Below are positions 22,506 through 40,726 of a stretch of 64,000 nucleotides of DNA, piece by piece. How positions within the stretch are numbered: position 1 is the first letter of the stretch; each line of letters starts with the position of its first letter. The notes beneath the pieces are model-generated. The model had not been told where the DNA came from. It made no database searches and saw nothing but the letters and a program-made list of their open reading frames with translations. Location: the NCBI GenBank assembly GCA_030141605.1, contig JAQGDQ010000515.1, positions 93,189-157,188 on the forward strand, given 5' to 3'. The stretch comes from Tubiluchus corallicola (Eukaryota > Animalia > Priapulida). The position numbers were made by a program, and so were the translations under genes.

Positions 22506-23034
22506 CGAACATCGTATATGATAAAGTGTAAACTTGGCGTGTGTGCTTAAATAAGTTCTGTGACTGTAAATGAACTGCAACAGCATAATTTTTCACGGTT
22601 GTCTCTCCATGAGAAAGTTGCAGTTAGGAAGGGATTTCTGAAGCAGCACCCCCACTAATTTTATTTACGAGCCGCCACTAGGCACAATGATAGATTCAGA
22701 TTTTAATCTGGAATTTAAAGTCTTCATAGTTTAATAGTTTAAATCTCTTAATAGTTTCTTCTTTACCAACCGTCCTATAACATTCCATCAGTGTAACAAG
22801 CTTATATTTCCATGTACGAAAATATAGACTCAATTATAGCGAGTTATGTGAGTCAACTGGCAATAGTTTTTATATACTGTTAGCCGTGGCCATCTCGTCA
22901 CGCTGTCTATAACCGTAGTCGTTACACAATTCAGCTACCTCACCCGGGAATATTATAACTATAATTCATGCCATTTGGAAGCCAATAATTATTGTGATGA
23001 CAACCTGAGAGTGGGGGTGAGACATCTCTACCAG

Positions 23035-23565
23035 AAAGCAAATTCGAATCGAATCGAACTCGTGACTTTCAAATTCGAATCCAATTCGAATTGAATTTGA
23101 AAGATTTTCGAACGAGTTCTCGAATCACCAGCAAAAAGTGGTCTTACCAAGATCGTGCATATTAGTCAATTTTTTTGCGGTAAAATCACTAATAATTTAT
23201 CCAAAAATTGTGCACAGAAATCACAGCTAAACTGTGCTAATTGCTTGGTGTTTCAAACGTTTTAATGACAAGGAACGTGTGAGGTTGACATGCCGAATTA
23301 TTCGAATCTATAATTTTAGGTACGAATCGAATTCGATGCTCGATATTCATCACTAACCGTCAGCCATAGAATCTGTCATTTTAGGTTCGAGTCGAATTCA
23401 ATGCTCGATATTCATCACTACCCGACAGCCATAGAATCTATCATTTTAGGTTCGAATCGAATTCGATGATCGATGTTCATCACTATCCGACAAACATAGA
23501 ATCTATCATTTTAGGTTCGAATAGAATTCGATGCTCGATGTTCATCACTACCTGACCTCCATAGA
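23035..23565. mobile_element. MITE remnant with ~4 tandem 65-bp copies of its terminal region
   Basis: TTCGAATCGAAT-rich; unit TAGAATCTATCATTTTAGGTTCGAATCGAATTCGATGCTCGATATTCATCACTA... with period 65 (23341, 23406, 23471, 23536). Confidence 0.55.
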
Positions 23566-23881
23566 ACCTCTTGTCGTAATATAAAATAATATAAAACTTG
23601 CAAATGTAGCGACGTTATTAATTTGATCATCTAGACACTAGATTCATAGTTGTTTATTTTGACTTATAAACGTGTAACTCAGTGCATTTGTAATGTGAAT
23701 GTTATGAATGTACCTGTTGTCACAAAAATGCTCTAAAATCATTTTTCGAAACGTTTCTCCTCAAAATCGTTAACCGGTTTCAGCTGTTAAAGGTTTGGTA
23801 GCAAAAATCGTAAACGGTCTAGTACAAAATTGTAATTCACAAGATTCTATTGAAATGCAGGGAAAACAATGCAATGTTTAA

Positions 23882-24484
23882 AGGATGACAGGATAATTTT
23901 TCATATACTACCCCATTTTCAAGTCCAATGAAAAGTATACATTTTATCGCAGAAATATTTCTGATTATTAAATAATAGATTAAAAACTTAATTTAACGAC
24001 GGGCGAACCCAACTTTTGATAACATTACAAACTAACATAATTTTTAACAGAAAAATATTCCACAAGGGTGTTGCACGTGTTTGTGAAAGTGAAAATTGAA
24101 GTGCAGTGCTACTGTAAGATATTCAGTGTGTTGTATTAAACTAGGCAAGTTTTAAGATAAAAATTCAAATTTCAAATTTACCGCTCTGCTCACGCATGAG
24201 TTGTCGAACGTGTGCAGTACTTCACAGACTAACACACCTGAAATGAGAGGTACAGCACTTGTTTTTGTGCAATGCGTTTCTGAAATGCAGGCGTTAGTAC
24301 CCGTCTAACTAGGGAATGGCGAAATTGTAACAGCGAAAAACTAGCGGCGCGAGCGTGAAATTGTGTTTGCGTGGTAATAATTCTTTTACGTAAGTCATTT
24401 TTGAAAAGAATAGTATGTTTCCTTTGAATATTTTGAAGAGTAGATTGTTTTGACCTTCAGTTTAAGACCGGGTCCGGTTTTGCT
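23882..24484 (-). mobile_element. MITE family A copy
   Basis: Reverse complement of 1851-2469 with TTAA at both ends; partial copies at ~25360-25635, 32234-32618 and ~60205-60485. Confidence 0.75.
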
Positions 24485-27419
24485 TTAAAATCAAATCGCC
24501 CGTCCTAATATCAATATGAAACCGAATTTTTCGTGCCTCATCCCTATTTGCTAATAATGTACCTGGAAATAGACAGAGCATATTATTCAGAAATACTGAT
24601 TATTCCTAATTTGTAAATTACGCACAAAGATTAGTTGTTTATGGAATAGAGTAAAAGCAGTTTTCATATTTTACAAAGAATGTGTAATACGAAAATTTGA
24701 AAAATAATATGGACCTCTCGTTGGTTAAAATAAAAAGCGTTCTTGTGTTTTTAATTACCTCTATTGAATCAGGGAAGGGTCAATCAGGTAGGTGCAGAAA
24801 CTGCACACTATGTAGTAAATTATTTACGATAATTGTAACATTCGTTCGCACCAACTTATATAATAAATAAATTTAATATTTTAAATTTAATTACAGACTG
24901 AAAATTAAAACGCAGCAGCTAGATTGGTGTTTTTGAGTTTTGGTAGAAAAATATTGGTACAGACTAGAAACTTTCTATCCGGTGAATGACAGCTAACAAG
25001 TCCATGTGATATTATATGTTTCCTTTGCTCACCAATGCCCAGGTCTAGCGAATACTAAACGCTATTACACTCACATCTCGGATTGCCGGACAAATTCAGG
25101 GAGACGTCGGTTCAAATTTGCCGATATTCCTTGTTTTCGATGCTAAACTAATAAAGTAGGCGCTGTAAGTGTATTAGACTCACGATAATATTGAATCAAT
25201 CGCCTAATTATTGTCTCAAAAACGTCTAATACGAGCCGCTCCTATGCAAAGGTATTGTAGCGTGGGCATTGTCCATAGATATGCTCTTTTAAGTAGGAAA
25301 AACGATTTTTGGTTCTTGCCAAGACAGTGGGAGACGGAGTTCAGTGTGTCCACAAAAGCGTTTCTGATAATTAAATAATAGATTTAAGATTTAATTAATG
25401 GCGGACAAGCCCAACTATTGATGACATCACAAACTAACATAATTTCCAGTTGCAAACATATTTCACCAGCGCATTGCAGCAAGGTGCTACTGTAAGATGT
25501 TCAGTGTGTTGTACTAAAACTAAGCAAGTTTTAAGACAAAAATGTAAATTTTAACTCACTCATGAACTGACGAACGGGTGTAGTTCGTTACAAACTAAAA
25601 CATCTGACTTGAGAGGCACAGCGCCTGTTTTTTGTGGAATATGTGAAAGGCCTTTGATTGTGTTCTGCTATGCTGTCTGGAAGAAATCCTTGCACCTGAT
25701 GAAATATACATCATAAGTATAATGTTAGAAAATTTATTAATTCAAGTCAGGTGAATTGCAAAAAGCTTAGGAAATAGTCTATTATTGCATTTATACATGA
25801 ACACTGCAATATTCCATTTAATTAAATCATCTAATTACATAATGCTACATTCACGGTAACGAAGTAACGAGGTAACGATGTTCTGTACTAGTGGAGCAGT
25901 GCTGTGTAGTGCTGTGTAGCCAGCAGGTTGGCATGTGAATGGAAGTTGCTTGCACAGTGTTAATATTAAGCAGACCTGGGCAAGTCTACCAGACAGACCA
26001 TAGATACCTGTAGTGTATTATGCTCATAGATAAACTGAAATGCTCTGTCTAGATACTGCAAAATATAAAATTAAATAATTAACTCCGACTGCTTTTGAAG
26101 TAACTCTGGTCGTGCATTATGGCAATACACACGTACATGTGAACAAACACACTATGTCACTATAATTTGCTAAAATTGGCTTAATTGTACACATGGATCC
26201 ACAATTATGAATCATTGCTAGTCTTCAAGACTGACAAATGTGAGTGTGTGCTGCTATACGCCTAGACAAGTTTACGTTTATATATTTCCACTCTGCATCT
26301 TACAGTTATAATAAAAATACAGATAGTTTTCCGCTGCACTAAATATAAATATAAATGCAATATAATCCAGAAATTAGAAAAGAGATTCTTATGCAACATA
26401 TACATGTGCAAATTACATTACTGAATAATTTTGATGCATACAGTTTGAGCCTAAAAGCGTAACTTGACAGGCCAAACTGTACGTGGAAAACTTAAAGAAA
26501 TGATTAATAATTGAAATAATGATAATATATAGATAAATGTGGAAGGGGGTAGTGAATGAAAGATGAAATGGAGCGAGAACTAAGAAAAACCGTGATCATT
26601 TTTATAAAGTGTTCAGTAACCTGTTAAATATAGAAATATAGTCACGTTTTATTAAAATTACTGTGGAAAACAAATGCAGGCGAGAAGCATACGTAACACC
26701 ACCACACACAATAGAGTGTGCAAGACCAGCAAGAATAAGTGCTCTAACACACTCTTCAATGACAGTAAGAAACACTTCTACACTTCTGTGTAGGTGTTCG
26801 TCTCGTTGGGGATTTACCTACATAGCTTATGAAGTTAATATATGCAGGGAGACACGTGACACCCTAAAGCAGCGTCACTGTACGTCACTGAACGCAATGC
26901 CTATGCCGCGGTAACACCGAATGACTCAGTAGCCTAAAATATCCGAGTCCACTAGCGCGTAGCTTATTTGTCCCGTGTAACTTTTAGTTTACGCATAGGT
27001 AGGTTGGGTACAGTACCTGGGTGGATCTTAATCGTGGTTAAGCTTTTGCCAAATACCATCTTCCTGCAACGGAAATTACTGAGTAAATTACATAGTGTAG
27101 TCTGCGTTGTTAAAAAGCTAATGTACTATTAAATTGACTTAATACTAAAGCATTGTGCTTGGTAAAACTAACAAAATATAACTACCTAGTTTACAACTAG
27201 ATACGCCTGGTTTGTTTCTAAGAATCGCCCAAGCGCTAACCGGACCGTAGATTGCATAAAAACTAGCCAAGAAACAAACGGAATTGCATTGTGTACTTCG
27301 CCAATATTGCCAAATAGAGTAGTTTACCTTAAATTAGTACTAACTCATCGTGTACCTAATAGTTCAGACGTATACGATAATATTGTGAACAGTTTAGTTA
27401 CACTGCCAATACTTACAAC

Positions 27420-31349
<3,930 letters not shown>

Positions 31350-31526
31350 ATGTCCTTATAAACGTTGAAACAGGTTGTACTTATTATATCATAAATGCAT
31401 GACTTACAATTTTAAATAATATTATGGCAATTTTTAATCTAGTTTTAGTCATTGCAAATATTTTAATTGTATGTATTTATGTCTTTATTATGCTGAAATA
31501 AGCAGTAAACAGTCTATCATTATGTA

Positions 31527-31527
31527 A

Positions 31528-31622
<95 letters not shown>

Positions 31623-31632
31623 TAGTAGTAGT

Positions 31633-31710
<78 letters not shown>

Positions 31711-31711
31711 A

Positions 31712-31765
<54 letters not shown>

Positions 31766-31782
31766 CAGCAGCAGCAGCAGTA
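31527..31782. repeat. (TAG)n microsatellite in the CD225 3' region
   Basis: Direct inspection. Confidence 0.97.
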
Positions 31783-33853
31783 ATGATGATAATATTAATA
31801 ATAATAATAATAGCCTTTTTCAAGTGGGCTTTAATTTCAACTGACATCACAGCATATGAAGTAAACATGCATAATATGCATTAATATGTATATATTATAA
31901 ATGTATAGACGATAAATGAACTTTCTTTGGAAAAAATGTTGATTCAGTTTTTCTTTCTTGTTATCCTTTTCCACTCATTCTTATTCCAAAAATGAACACA
32001 CTCATTGATAGACAGGTGAAAATCAATTAACTTACATGGTGAAGTTAGAAATAACGGCCTCTTCTGGCAGGTTGAGCGAGAAAGATTTGAGCTGAGATTT
32101 CCCGTCTTGACTTGTGCTTTTCAAGGTCAAGGTCATTGACGGCGTACCTGTGTCGAATGTCTGACTTTACGTGAAATGAGATCACGTTCGGTTCATTCAG
32201 CTGAAGGAAAATAAACAGTTACGTCAAACTTAAAGAAAGACAGGATGATTGTTAATATTCTACCCCATTTTCAAGTCATATAAAAAGTACAAATCCTGAC
32301 ATAATTAATACTGCAAAACCGTTACAGATAATTAAATAATAGATTAAAAACTTAATTAACGGCTGGCGAGCCCAACTATTGGTGACATCACAAACTAACA
32401 TAATTTTGAACAGCAAAGATATTCCCCGAGCGTGTTGCACGTGTCTGCAAAAGTGAAAATTGAAGTGGAGTGCTACTGTAAGATATTCAGTGTATTGTAC
32501 AGAAACTAGGCAAGTTTTAAGATACAACATCAAATTGCAAATTTACCGTTGTACTCACGCATGAGCTGTCGAACATGTGCAGTTCGTCACAAACTAACAC
32601 ATCTGAACTCAGAGGTCAAGCTTTGGCACGGTATGCAATGAATAAATTGAATGCAACCAAGTTGTGCCAACATTTGGTTTTACATGTCAAACGGTTTTGT
32701 GGCATAACTTTAATAAAAAGGCTTGTGCGAAAAATTGTTTTCATCATGCGATGTCAGCACCATTTGTTGCAGGTTCAAGAAGGAGCTACAGAAATGGATA
32801 GCAGACGTTTTTTAGAAGGAAACAAAACAAAAAACTTGCATTATGCGATGTGGTTTTAATTGACATTAAACATTCGCTCGTCTCATTAACCCTTTGCACA
32901 CGATACTACGGCGTAATGTTTTTTCTGCTACAAAAACTGGTAGACTAATTTGGCAAAAACTTTGTGCTAATGAAGAATCAAAAGCATAGGCCTATCATAA
33001 TTATTGCTGATAACCAAGAATCTGACTTTACTTATAAAAGAAACCGCTTGCACCTTGTGATTTCCTTCATGATTTGTAAGGGCAAATTTCAGCTTCTATT
33101 ACTGCTGTTTCATTAGTTAAACCACGACACGAACCAAAGCATATTCGTTGTGAATAAGGTACTATGCATCCTGCTAGGAATCCATTCCGTCTTAGGTTTA
33201 AGCGACTTTCTTATATCGCATCAAGTATGAAAAAAATATAATTCTCTAATTAAATTGTTTCAATGTTGTTGCAAAGAAAGATGTTTCTACACAGATTCCA
33301 GAAAGATTCATTCGAAACCTCCATAGCTCTGATTTCTCATCCATTCTGCAGAGTAATTGGCGAATCCATGTGGTATGGTACGTAGAAACTTCATAGCTAG
33401 ATTTGTACAATTCGGGCAGAAAAGCTGAACGTCGGAGCTGTAGCCTCGAATCTTAGATATGTATATAAATATATATATTAAGCCCATACCAGTAGAATTA
33501 ATATATACGGTAATTGTTAACTTATTTATGTACAACACCTTTAAGTGCTCTTATCAAATAAATATTTTCTTTGCATTTGAAAAAATGTATTAACGTCCAT
33601 ACAACTAGTTGCAAATTAATTAAATATAATAAAAATTGATGCGGCCGATAGCACGATGACCATAAATTATAATTTTAATTTGGTTTTATCTTTTTGTAAT
33701 TTGCAGTTAAATGAGTTAATTACCGACTTATTCAAAGTACTGCATCTACATTCGACTTACTTAAGTCACATTTGAGTTATTAAAGCCATTATGCATTGTA
33801 CAAAATAAAATTGTCAAATTAATTACTATTACTATTAGTTACGGAAGCGCCTG

Positions 33854-34113
33854 TGTCGGGTCAGGTGTAGGTCCCTCTACACGCCCTGCTTCCACGTCAG
33901 CAGCGACTCATCCCTTTCTTGTAGGTCCAGACGTCTTGTTTGGGCATACACGTGCCGTGAGAAGCCAGCTGACCTGGAATGCCAGTATAAAAGCGTGTAG
34001 AGGTCTTGATTTCTGACACAGGTACTCCTCGGGCGTAGTGCTGTTACTTAGTTATGTGCATGTGTATTTTGTTCCCCTATTTTAATAAGTGCTGGTAATG
34101 ACATGCTATGACA
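33854..34113 (+). mobile_element. Possible solo LTR
   Basis: TGTC...GACA ends, GC-richer than the flanks, internal TATAAAA (~33986) and AATAAG (~34084); no clear TSD. Confidence 0.3.
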
Positions 34114-36049
34114 GGTATATGCTATTAGTTTACAGACATTAGCTTAATTAATTAGCATGACATTTGTAATTAAAATTGAGATTTGTAGTTAAGTAATCAA
34201 TTACACAACGATACAAAAATGGATCTTCATGATGCGCAATACCAAGACCGCCATGCCATCTTGGAATTCGACCACCTGAGTCTAATTCAGTCCATTATTA
34301 TGATGCTACGTAAGAACATTTAAGTTCAGTTTCTTAAACTGAAAAATATCTAAACTATCCACATTTAACAAAACGCTCAGGCATCTTAAATTAAATCCGA
34401 TAATGCTCTTAGCATCACAATATATTTAAGGAAATAGTCAATGGCTTTCAATATTTAAGGAAATAGTCAATGGCTTTCAATGCTTTTAGAGTGTATTTAA
34501 AAAAAACAGTTATAGATTTTTGTTTATCGGCTGTTTAATTGTAATTGACAATGCACTTTGGCCTGAATGTACTCATGCTGTGTAAACAATGTTTGTTTGC
34601 ACATACCAAGTGTTCCGTAAATACATATTATTCTAATAAAATACTAGTTAAATTACTCCATTAGTTAACAAGTTGACTAGCCTCGCTACTGACATTAAAT
34701 TTGGGTGTGAATAGATTATTTGTGTACACAATTTTTTGTGATGCACTAAGTGTTTTTGAAATAAAATGTCATTGTATTAATTTGTAAAACTTAATGATAT
34801 TGTAAACTTGTGGTGTTCTTTTCTGCGTCGTTCATTTTAAAAGCTATGCATAATACTGAACTAAAGTAGAAAATCAGAAAATTCAGTGCGCAAAGTCTAT
34901 TGAGTTGTTGTTGTTAGTGCATAATATTTACGTTTGTGAAACTAAGATTCTTAAAAAAGATTTTTAAGTGAGTCATTAAAAATTTGATAAAAAAAATAAA
35001 GCTCAGGTATAAGCAATTATCTTTCCCACGACTCTGGGTATAATATTAAAATTCTGTTGGTGTTCAAATGTTCCGTGCTCCAGTGTCACCGTGCTGACTT
35101 ATACCGTCGCAAATGCGCCGTGGATGGGCGTCGTTATAAATTACTTCTTGAATTGCTAAGATTTTCCTTATTGCAGTGGATGAAAGTTTTTAATTTCGTT
35201 ACAATTTGCGTGTCAGTAATCTCAGCATGTTAGTTAACAGGTGGTTGCTTTCCTTTTAAATCTTAATTAAAAGTTTAAAATTTGAAAATTTAGCTGTAGC
35301 ACATGCAATGCGGTGGTTATTGTAGTATACATTAGGCTTGTGAGTTTAGGCCATCCTTTCTGTAGCGGACTGTGTGTGCAGTGACTCATTAAATTAAAAA
35401 GAACCTTAAGTCGGACAAATTAGGTGCTATGAAATAAATCAGATGTTTACTTCACACACGTGGTTCCATACAACATAATTAAAAAAGCACAAGGATTAAG
35501 AATAACAAAGCCAAATGCGAAGACAACTTACGACCATAGGGTCCTTTTCACTTTGCCTTACTTTAGAGATTGCCTAATGCAGTAAATTTGTAGTGGTCGA
35601 ATGACCATGTGACAGAATAAGTAGTAGTAATAAGTCTTTAAATTAATAAAATGTGTAGAAACTTTATGGCGAATTTTGTGAAGTATATTTGTAATACTAA
35701 TAGATACTTTTAGACTGAATTTTTTGACTGGTTCAGTCTGGTGGCTAAAACAAGAAAATAGAAAACTGCATTGAACTGTCAAAGACTTGCTACATACACT
35801 ATTTTCATGAAAGGAAAACACACATGAAGACAACAGCAATAAGCAGAGAAAAACCCAAAAAGTCATGTGCACTTACTATATATATATATATCACTGATAA
35901 AAACTTTACAGACATGATCAATCAGGTAGTTAATTAAAACTTACACTGCTAAAGGCAAATGCCTCAGTGCAATCTAAACTACTGTGCAGTAATGGAAAGT
36001 AACGACGAATAAAATCAAACATATTTACAACTATGCTCAAAAAAATGAA

Positions 36050-36545
36050 AAAATTATGATTTAATTAATATGGCCGTGGATATATAAATTCTGAATTAGT
36101 GTGTATGTTGTCGTACTGGTGTGATGATATTTCATATCTGGTTAATATTAGTGATTTTAATTTTGTTTTAAATGCTGATGGGGACTTGATTTGTTTAACC
36201 TGTAATGGTAGAGAATTCCAAAGTAGAATTACTTGTTTGTTTATAGAGTTCGTTCAATAGTGGGTATTTGTCCTAATTTGGTTTAGATTACTTGTTCTGG
36301 AATTAACGATAGGATTCGGAAAAAAGGTAAATCTGTTATTTTGGAATGGTTTGCTGATGTTGTTAATGTATTTAAATATAAAAAGCAGAGTAAAATATTC
36401 TTTGTGTGCTTCAATGATTGCGAATTTTAGAGATTTTCTCAGTTTAGTTGAGCTTACCTGATAGGTTAGTGAAACTCAATAGCAATCTTTACTACCATAT
36501 ATGGGAAGCCGAGCAGGTACAGGTGACAGAACAAGTCTTGAACTT
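36050..36545 (-). mobile_element. LINE (L2/CR1-group) ORF2 3' fragment
   Basis: Minus-strand translation QIRTN...NSINKQVILLWNSLPLQVKQIKSPSAFKTKLK, with EYFTLLFIFKYIN upstream. Confidence 0.7.
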
Positions 36546-37385
36546 AAATTTGTCTTGAGCACTAAAAATAGCATGAGAATAGTCTTGAGGACTAAGAATA
36601 GCATGAGAATAGTATTGAGCACTAATAATAGCACGAGCATAGTCTTAAGGACTAAGAATAGCATTACAGTAATCCTGAGGACTAACATTAGCTTGAGGAT
36701 AGTCTTGAGGACTAAGAATAGCATGAGAATAGTCTTGAGGACTAAGAATAGCATTACAGTAGTCCTGAGGACTAACATTAGCTTGAGGATGGTCTTGAGG
36801 ACTAAGAATAGCATGAGGATAGTCTTGAGGACTAGGAATAGCATGAGCATAGTCTTAAGGACTAAGAATAGCATTACAGTAGTCCTGAGGACTAACATTA
36901 ACTTGAGGATAGTCTTGAGGACTAAGAATAGCATGAGGATAGTCTTGAGGACTAAAAATAGCATGACAGTAGTCTCGAGGAGTAAGAATAGGATGAGCAT
37001 AGTATTGAGGATTAAGAATAGCATGAGATTAGTCTTGATGACTAAGAATAGCATGAGAATTGTCTTGAGGACAAAGAATATCATGAGGATAGTCTTAAAG
37101 ACTAAGAATAGCATGAACATAGTTTTGAGCACTAAGAGTAGCATGAGGATAGTCTTGAGCACTGAAAATAGCATGAGGATAGTCGTGAGGACTAAGAATT
37201 GCATGAGCATAGTCTTAAGGACCAAGAATAGCATTACAGTAGTCTTGAGGACAAGCATTAGCTTGAGGATAGTCTTGATGACTAAGAATAGCACGAGGAT
37301 AGTCTTGATGACTTAGAATAGCATGAGAATAGTCTTGAAGACTTATAATCGCATGACGGTAGTCTTGAGGACTAAGAACAGCTAA
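36545..37385. repeat. 30-bp minisatellite, ~28 copies, with partial higher-order structure
   Basis: Unit ATAGTCTTGAGGACTAAGAATAGCATGAGG; the variant pair AGCATTACAGTAGTCCTG/AACATTAGCTTG recurs. Confidence 0.95.
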
Positions 37386-38899
37386 GGACTGAAGACTTTT
37401 TCCGCTGTGGCATACTGTATTTAATACTTGACAAATAATCTATTGCATGGCTTTTTTTCATTTTTAGTAGTGCCAATATTTTCTAGGCTCCCTGTGCATT
37501 CACCATTTGTTTATTACCTGGTGCGGATATGCGATTTTAGCAAACATTTTGGTTGTAAAAAAGACTGCTTACATCATTATCATCATCATGACTATAAATT
37601 TGAAACACCGCGAGCAGTGACGTTTACTGTTTACATGCTCGACCCCTAGGGGGCTCGTCCGGTATCAAATCCTTCAACTTTCTGCACGTGTGGCTTCCTC
37701 GTAGATCGTTTGCAAATAGCAGAGATTGTTACCCGTGGAGTAATTGACGTGCGTGTTTCAGCTGGTGATCTGTGTCAGCTTTAATGAATGACTGCAACAC
37801 ATGTTGATTTGCTACATTACTGTGTTGGTGTTTGCTAGCGTGTAATGCAAGAGGTCTGTAAACTGCTTTGCCTTGCAAATGCTTGCACTAGTCTATAGAG
37901 GTAGTAGAACTTTTTTTTACCAGTTGCTGTTCATTAAAGTGAGAGTTCTTTATGTAAGGAAAAGGCGGCTGTGCTTCTATTATATTATTAATTGAATGGC
38001 TGCCAGTGTTGGCCGGAAGTAGCTTGTAGCACATCAAATGAAAGGTCTAGATGAGATAAACGGAATGGTATGAGTTAATGCGGACACTTGTTGATCTATG
38101 AGCCCACTAGGGGGCAAAAACCGAAAATGGGAATTGGGAACTGAAGTACACCAAGTGTTGAGATATTGTACCTTATAGCATATCCAGTAGGGGGCAAAAA
38201 CCGAAAAAGCCTGAGAAATGAGAACAGTGCTGTACATGCTACGAAAGACACGACCACTGACACGGGTCTACAGCAGATCTTCCCTTTTTATAAGGTCGGG
38301 TGTGCACGTGACTATTGGCTTCTACTAACACAAGGTGAGAATACGAGTCTGTGCTAGATAAAGCCATGTTCACATGCACACCCGAGAAGTCTACTGTATT
38401 CCCCTGCCAGCATTACATTTCATTTCATTACAGCCCTGTGGTACACTATATATTTTCTTACCTATAAAAGTTACCAATTGTTTCTTATATTTGAATAATT
38501 AGCTTAGAAAGTTAATTAACGGCAACCGAACACAGCTATTGCTTATGTCAGAAACTAACCACAGTTTGTGCAATGGGCAGGCATCTTCCCTTGCGCGTCA
38601 AGCACATTTGCATAGGTGATACAGTACTGTTTAAATGCATGATGTCACGAAAATGGGCATTATATGACGTCAGAAACTAACACTGCAGTTCATGATCATG
38701 CTTATCACGTTACCCACTTCTATTTGTCGGTCACACAAATGGGACAAAAAGGCACCACTGCCAATCTTACTAGATTCACTGAGCCACGTGTACCTTTGAA
38801 AGTTTAACGAAATCTGAGTATCCGAGGTAATTATTATTTAATCTAAGCTTTGATTTAAAAAACGCTATTGTAGTTTACACTGTTTCCTCTTACATAAAG

Positions 38900-39520
38900 C
38901 TTAAAAAAATTCGTCTTGAAATTTTATACCACTTACGTACTGCCTTTTCATATGCATCGGCCGTAACGCTGTATAAAACTTGTAAATTTAAGCTCCCGCG
39001 ATGACCGTTAGACACAGCCATTTTAATGGTAGGTCATTTGAAACAAGTTTTCATAACATTAAGTAAAGTTTTAAAAAATAATCAAAGCATTCGTAGCGTA
39101 CACGTTGCTAATTAAGTAAAATCTTAAATTACTGTATCTTGTCAACAAGATTGAAAATACGTTTTTGGTTAGTGAGTGGCGCACCCTGGAGGGTGAGTCA
39201 GCGACATTTTACCAATTGGCATAAATATTTTAAATTACTATTTCTAGTTACATAAGTCTTTCCAGCAGGTACGTGAAGTGCTAAGTAATATAGATTGCAT
39301 GGAAAGTTTTTTTGAGACATAGTTTAACATTTCCTTTTATTCCCCTAGTGACGTCATGTAATGGCGCCGTCGGAACAGTATTGCGGGAGATTCAAAATGA
39401 AAACAAACGAAAATTCATTTCAACACGAATACGATATGTGCATAATATTGCTGTAAAGTAATATAATTTTTTAAGGCGATTTTTCTGAAACCACTTCAGG
39501 TGCCCTTTTTCTTGTCGTTT
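38900..39520 (-). mobile_element. Family C non-autonomous DNA transposon
   Basis: Reverse complement of 4897-5525; ends TTTTCTTGTCGTTTAA. Confidence 0.7.
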
Positions 39521-40059
39521 AAGCTCTGCTATTTTGCAAATCCTCTCTTAACTGTGTGCGTCGCCCTGCCCCTGTAGGCACTCCAATGCAGCCACTTAAG
39601 ATTTTGACACTGTTTATTGGAGAAGTGCCGCCACTAAACAACGTTTGTTTACAAATTCTGGCTCAAGGCGTGGCGATGTGCAGCCTTGTTTACAATGACC
39701 GGTGAAGAATTGTTGACAAAACGAAACGCGATCGTAAACAAACAGTACGTCTCGCGCAAGAGTACAAAGTTTGTCGACTTACTCATGCGCTATAATTAAT
39801 TTATTGACACTTGTCTGTGCAATGCAGTAAGTGTCTGTGTGGTTTTATGTAGTCTTATATGTAATTTTTATGGTTTTATTTAGATGTTTCGTAATTTTGC
39901 AGTTTTCAAGAAGATCTGAATGTGTTTGTTGAACTTGTTGTGTTAACGATATATTAGTATGGCGAGAACTTGGTAGAAACTAATTATTTTAATTTGCTTA
40001 TACTTGTGGTGGCAAGAAAACACTTTTCGTAAGCAGTAATGCTGTAAACAACATGCAAA

Positions 40060-40620
40060 TTTAAATGGCAGTGATGACCGTTTGGCGCAGACATTTTGAT
40101 GGTGGGTCGTTTGAAGCAAGTTTGGATAATATTGTGTGAAGTTTGAAAAAATAGTCAGAGCATTCGTACTTCGTAGCACACATGTTCCTTGCTAAGTAAA
40201 ATTTCAAATTACTGTATCTTGTCAATAAGATTAAAATACATTTCTCATTAGTGAGTGGCGCACCCTGGAGGACGAGCCAGCGAGATTTTACCAATTGGCG
40301 CAAACATTTTAAATTATTATTTCTAGTTACATAAGTCCTTCCAGCAGGTAGGTAAAATAATATGTAATACAATTTTGCATGGGAAGTTTTTTAAGACGTA
40401 AGTTAACATTTCTTTTTCTTCCCTTGATTTACATTTGCGTAGGTGATGTCATGAAATGAATTGGTCTCAACAGTAATGCGGGAGATTTAAAATGAAAACA
40501 AAGAAAAATTCCTTTTTACGCGAGTACGATATACGCATAAAATTGCTATAAAGTAATATAATTTCTTAAGGCTATTTTTCTGAAACCTACTTCGAGTACT
40601 CTTTTTGGAATGTAATTCTG
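40060..40620 (-). mobile_element. Family C non-autonomous DNA transposon
   Basis: Collinear with 38990-39500. Confidence 0.65.
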
Positions 40621-40726
40621 AACAATTTAAAATGTTCGTGCCAACTGATAAAATGCCACTGCATCGCCATCCCAGCGTGCACCACTGATTCACCAAAAAA
40701 CACATTATTGATCTTATTGATAACTA

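Noticed and set aside
36476-37316. 272-aa and 271-aa repeat proteins on both strands
   Set aside because: Open only because the 30-bp unit lacks stops in those frames; no splice or promoter support, and contiguous with a LINE remnant.
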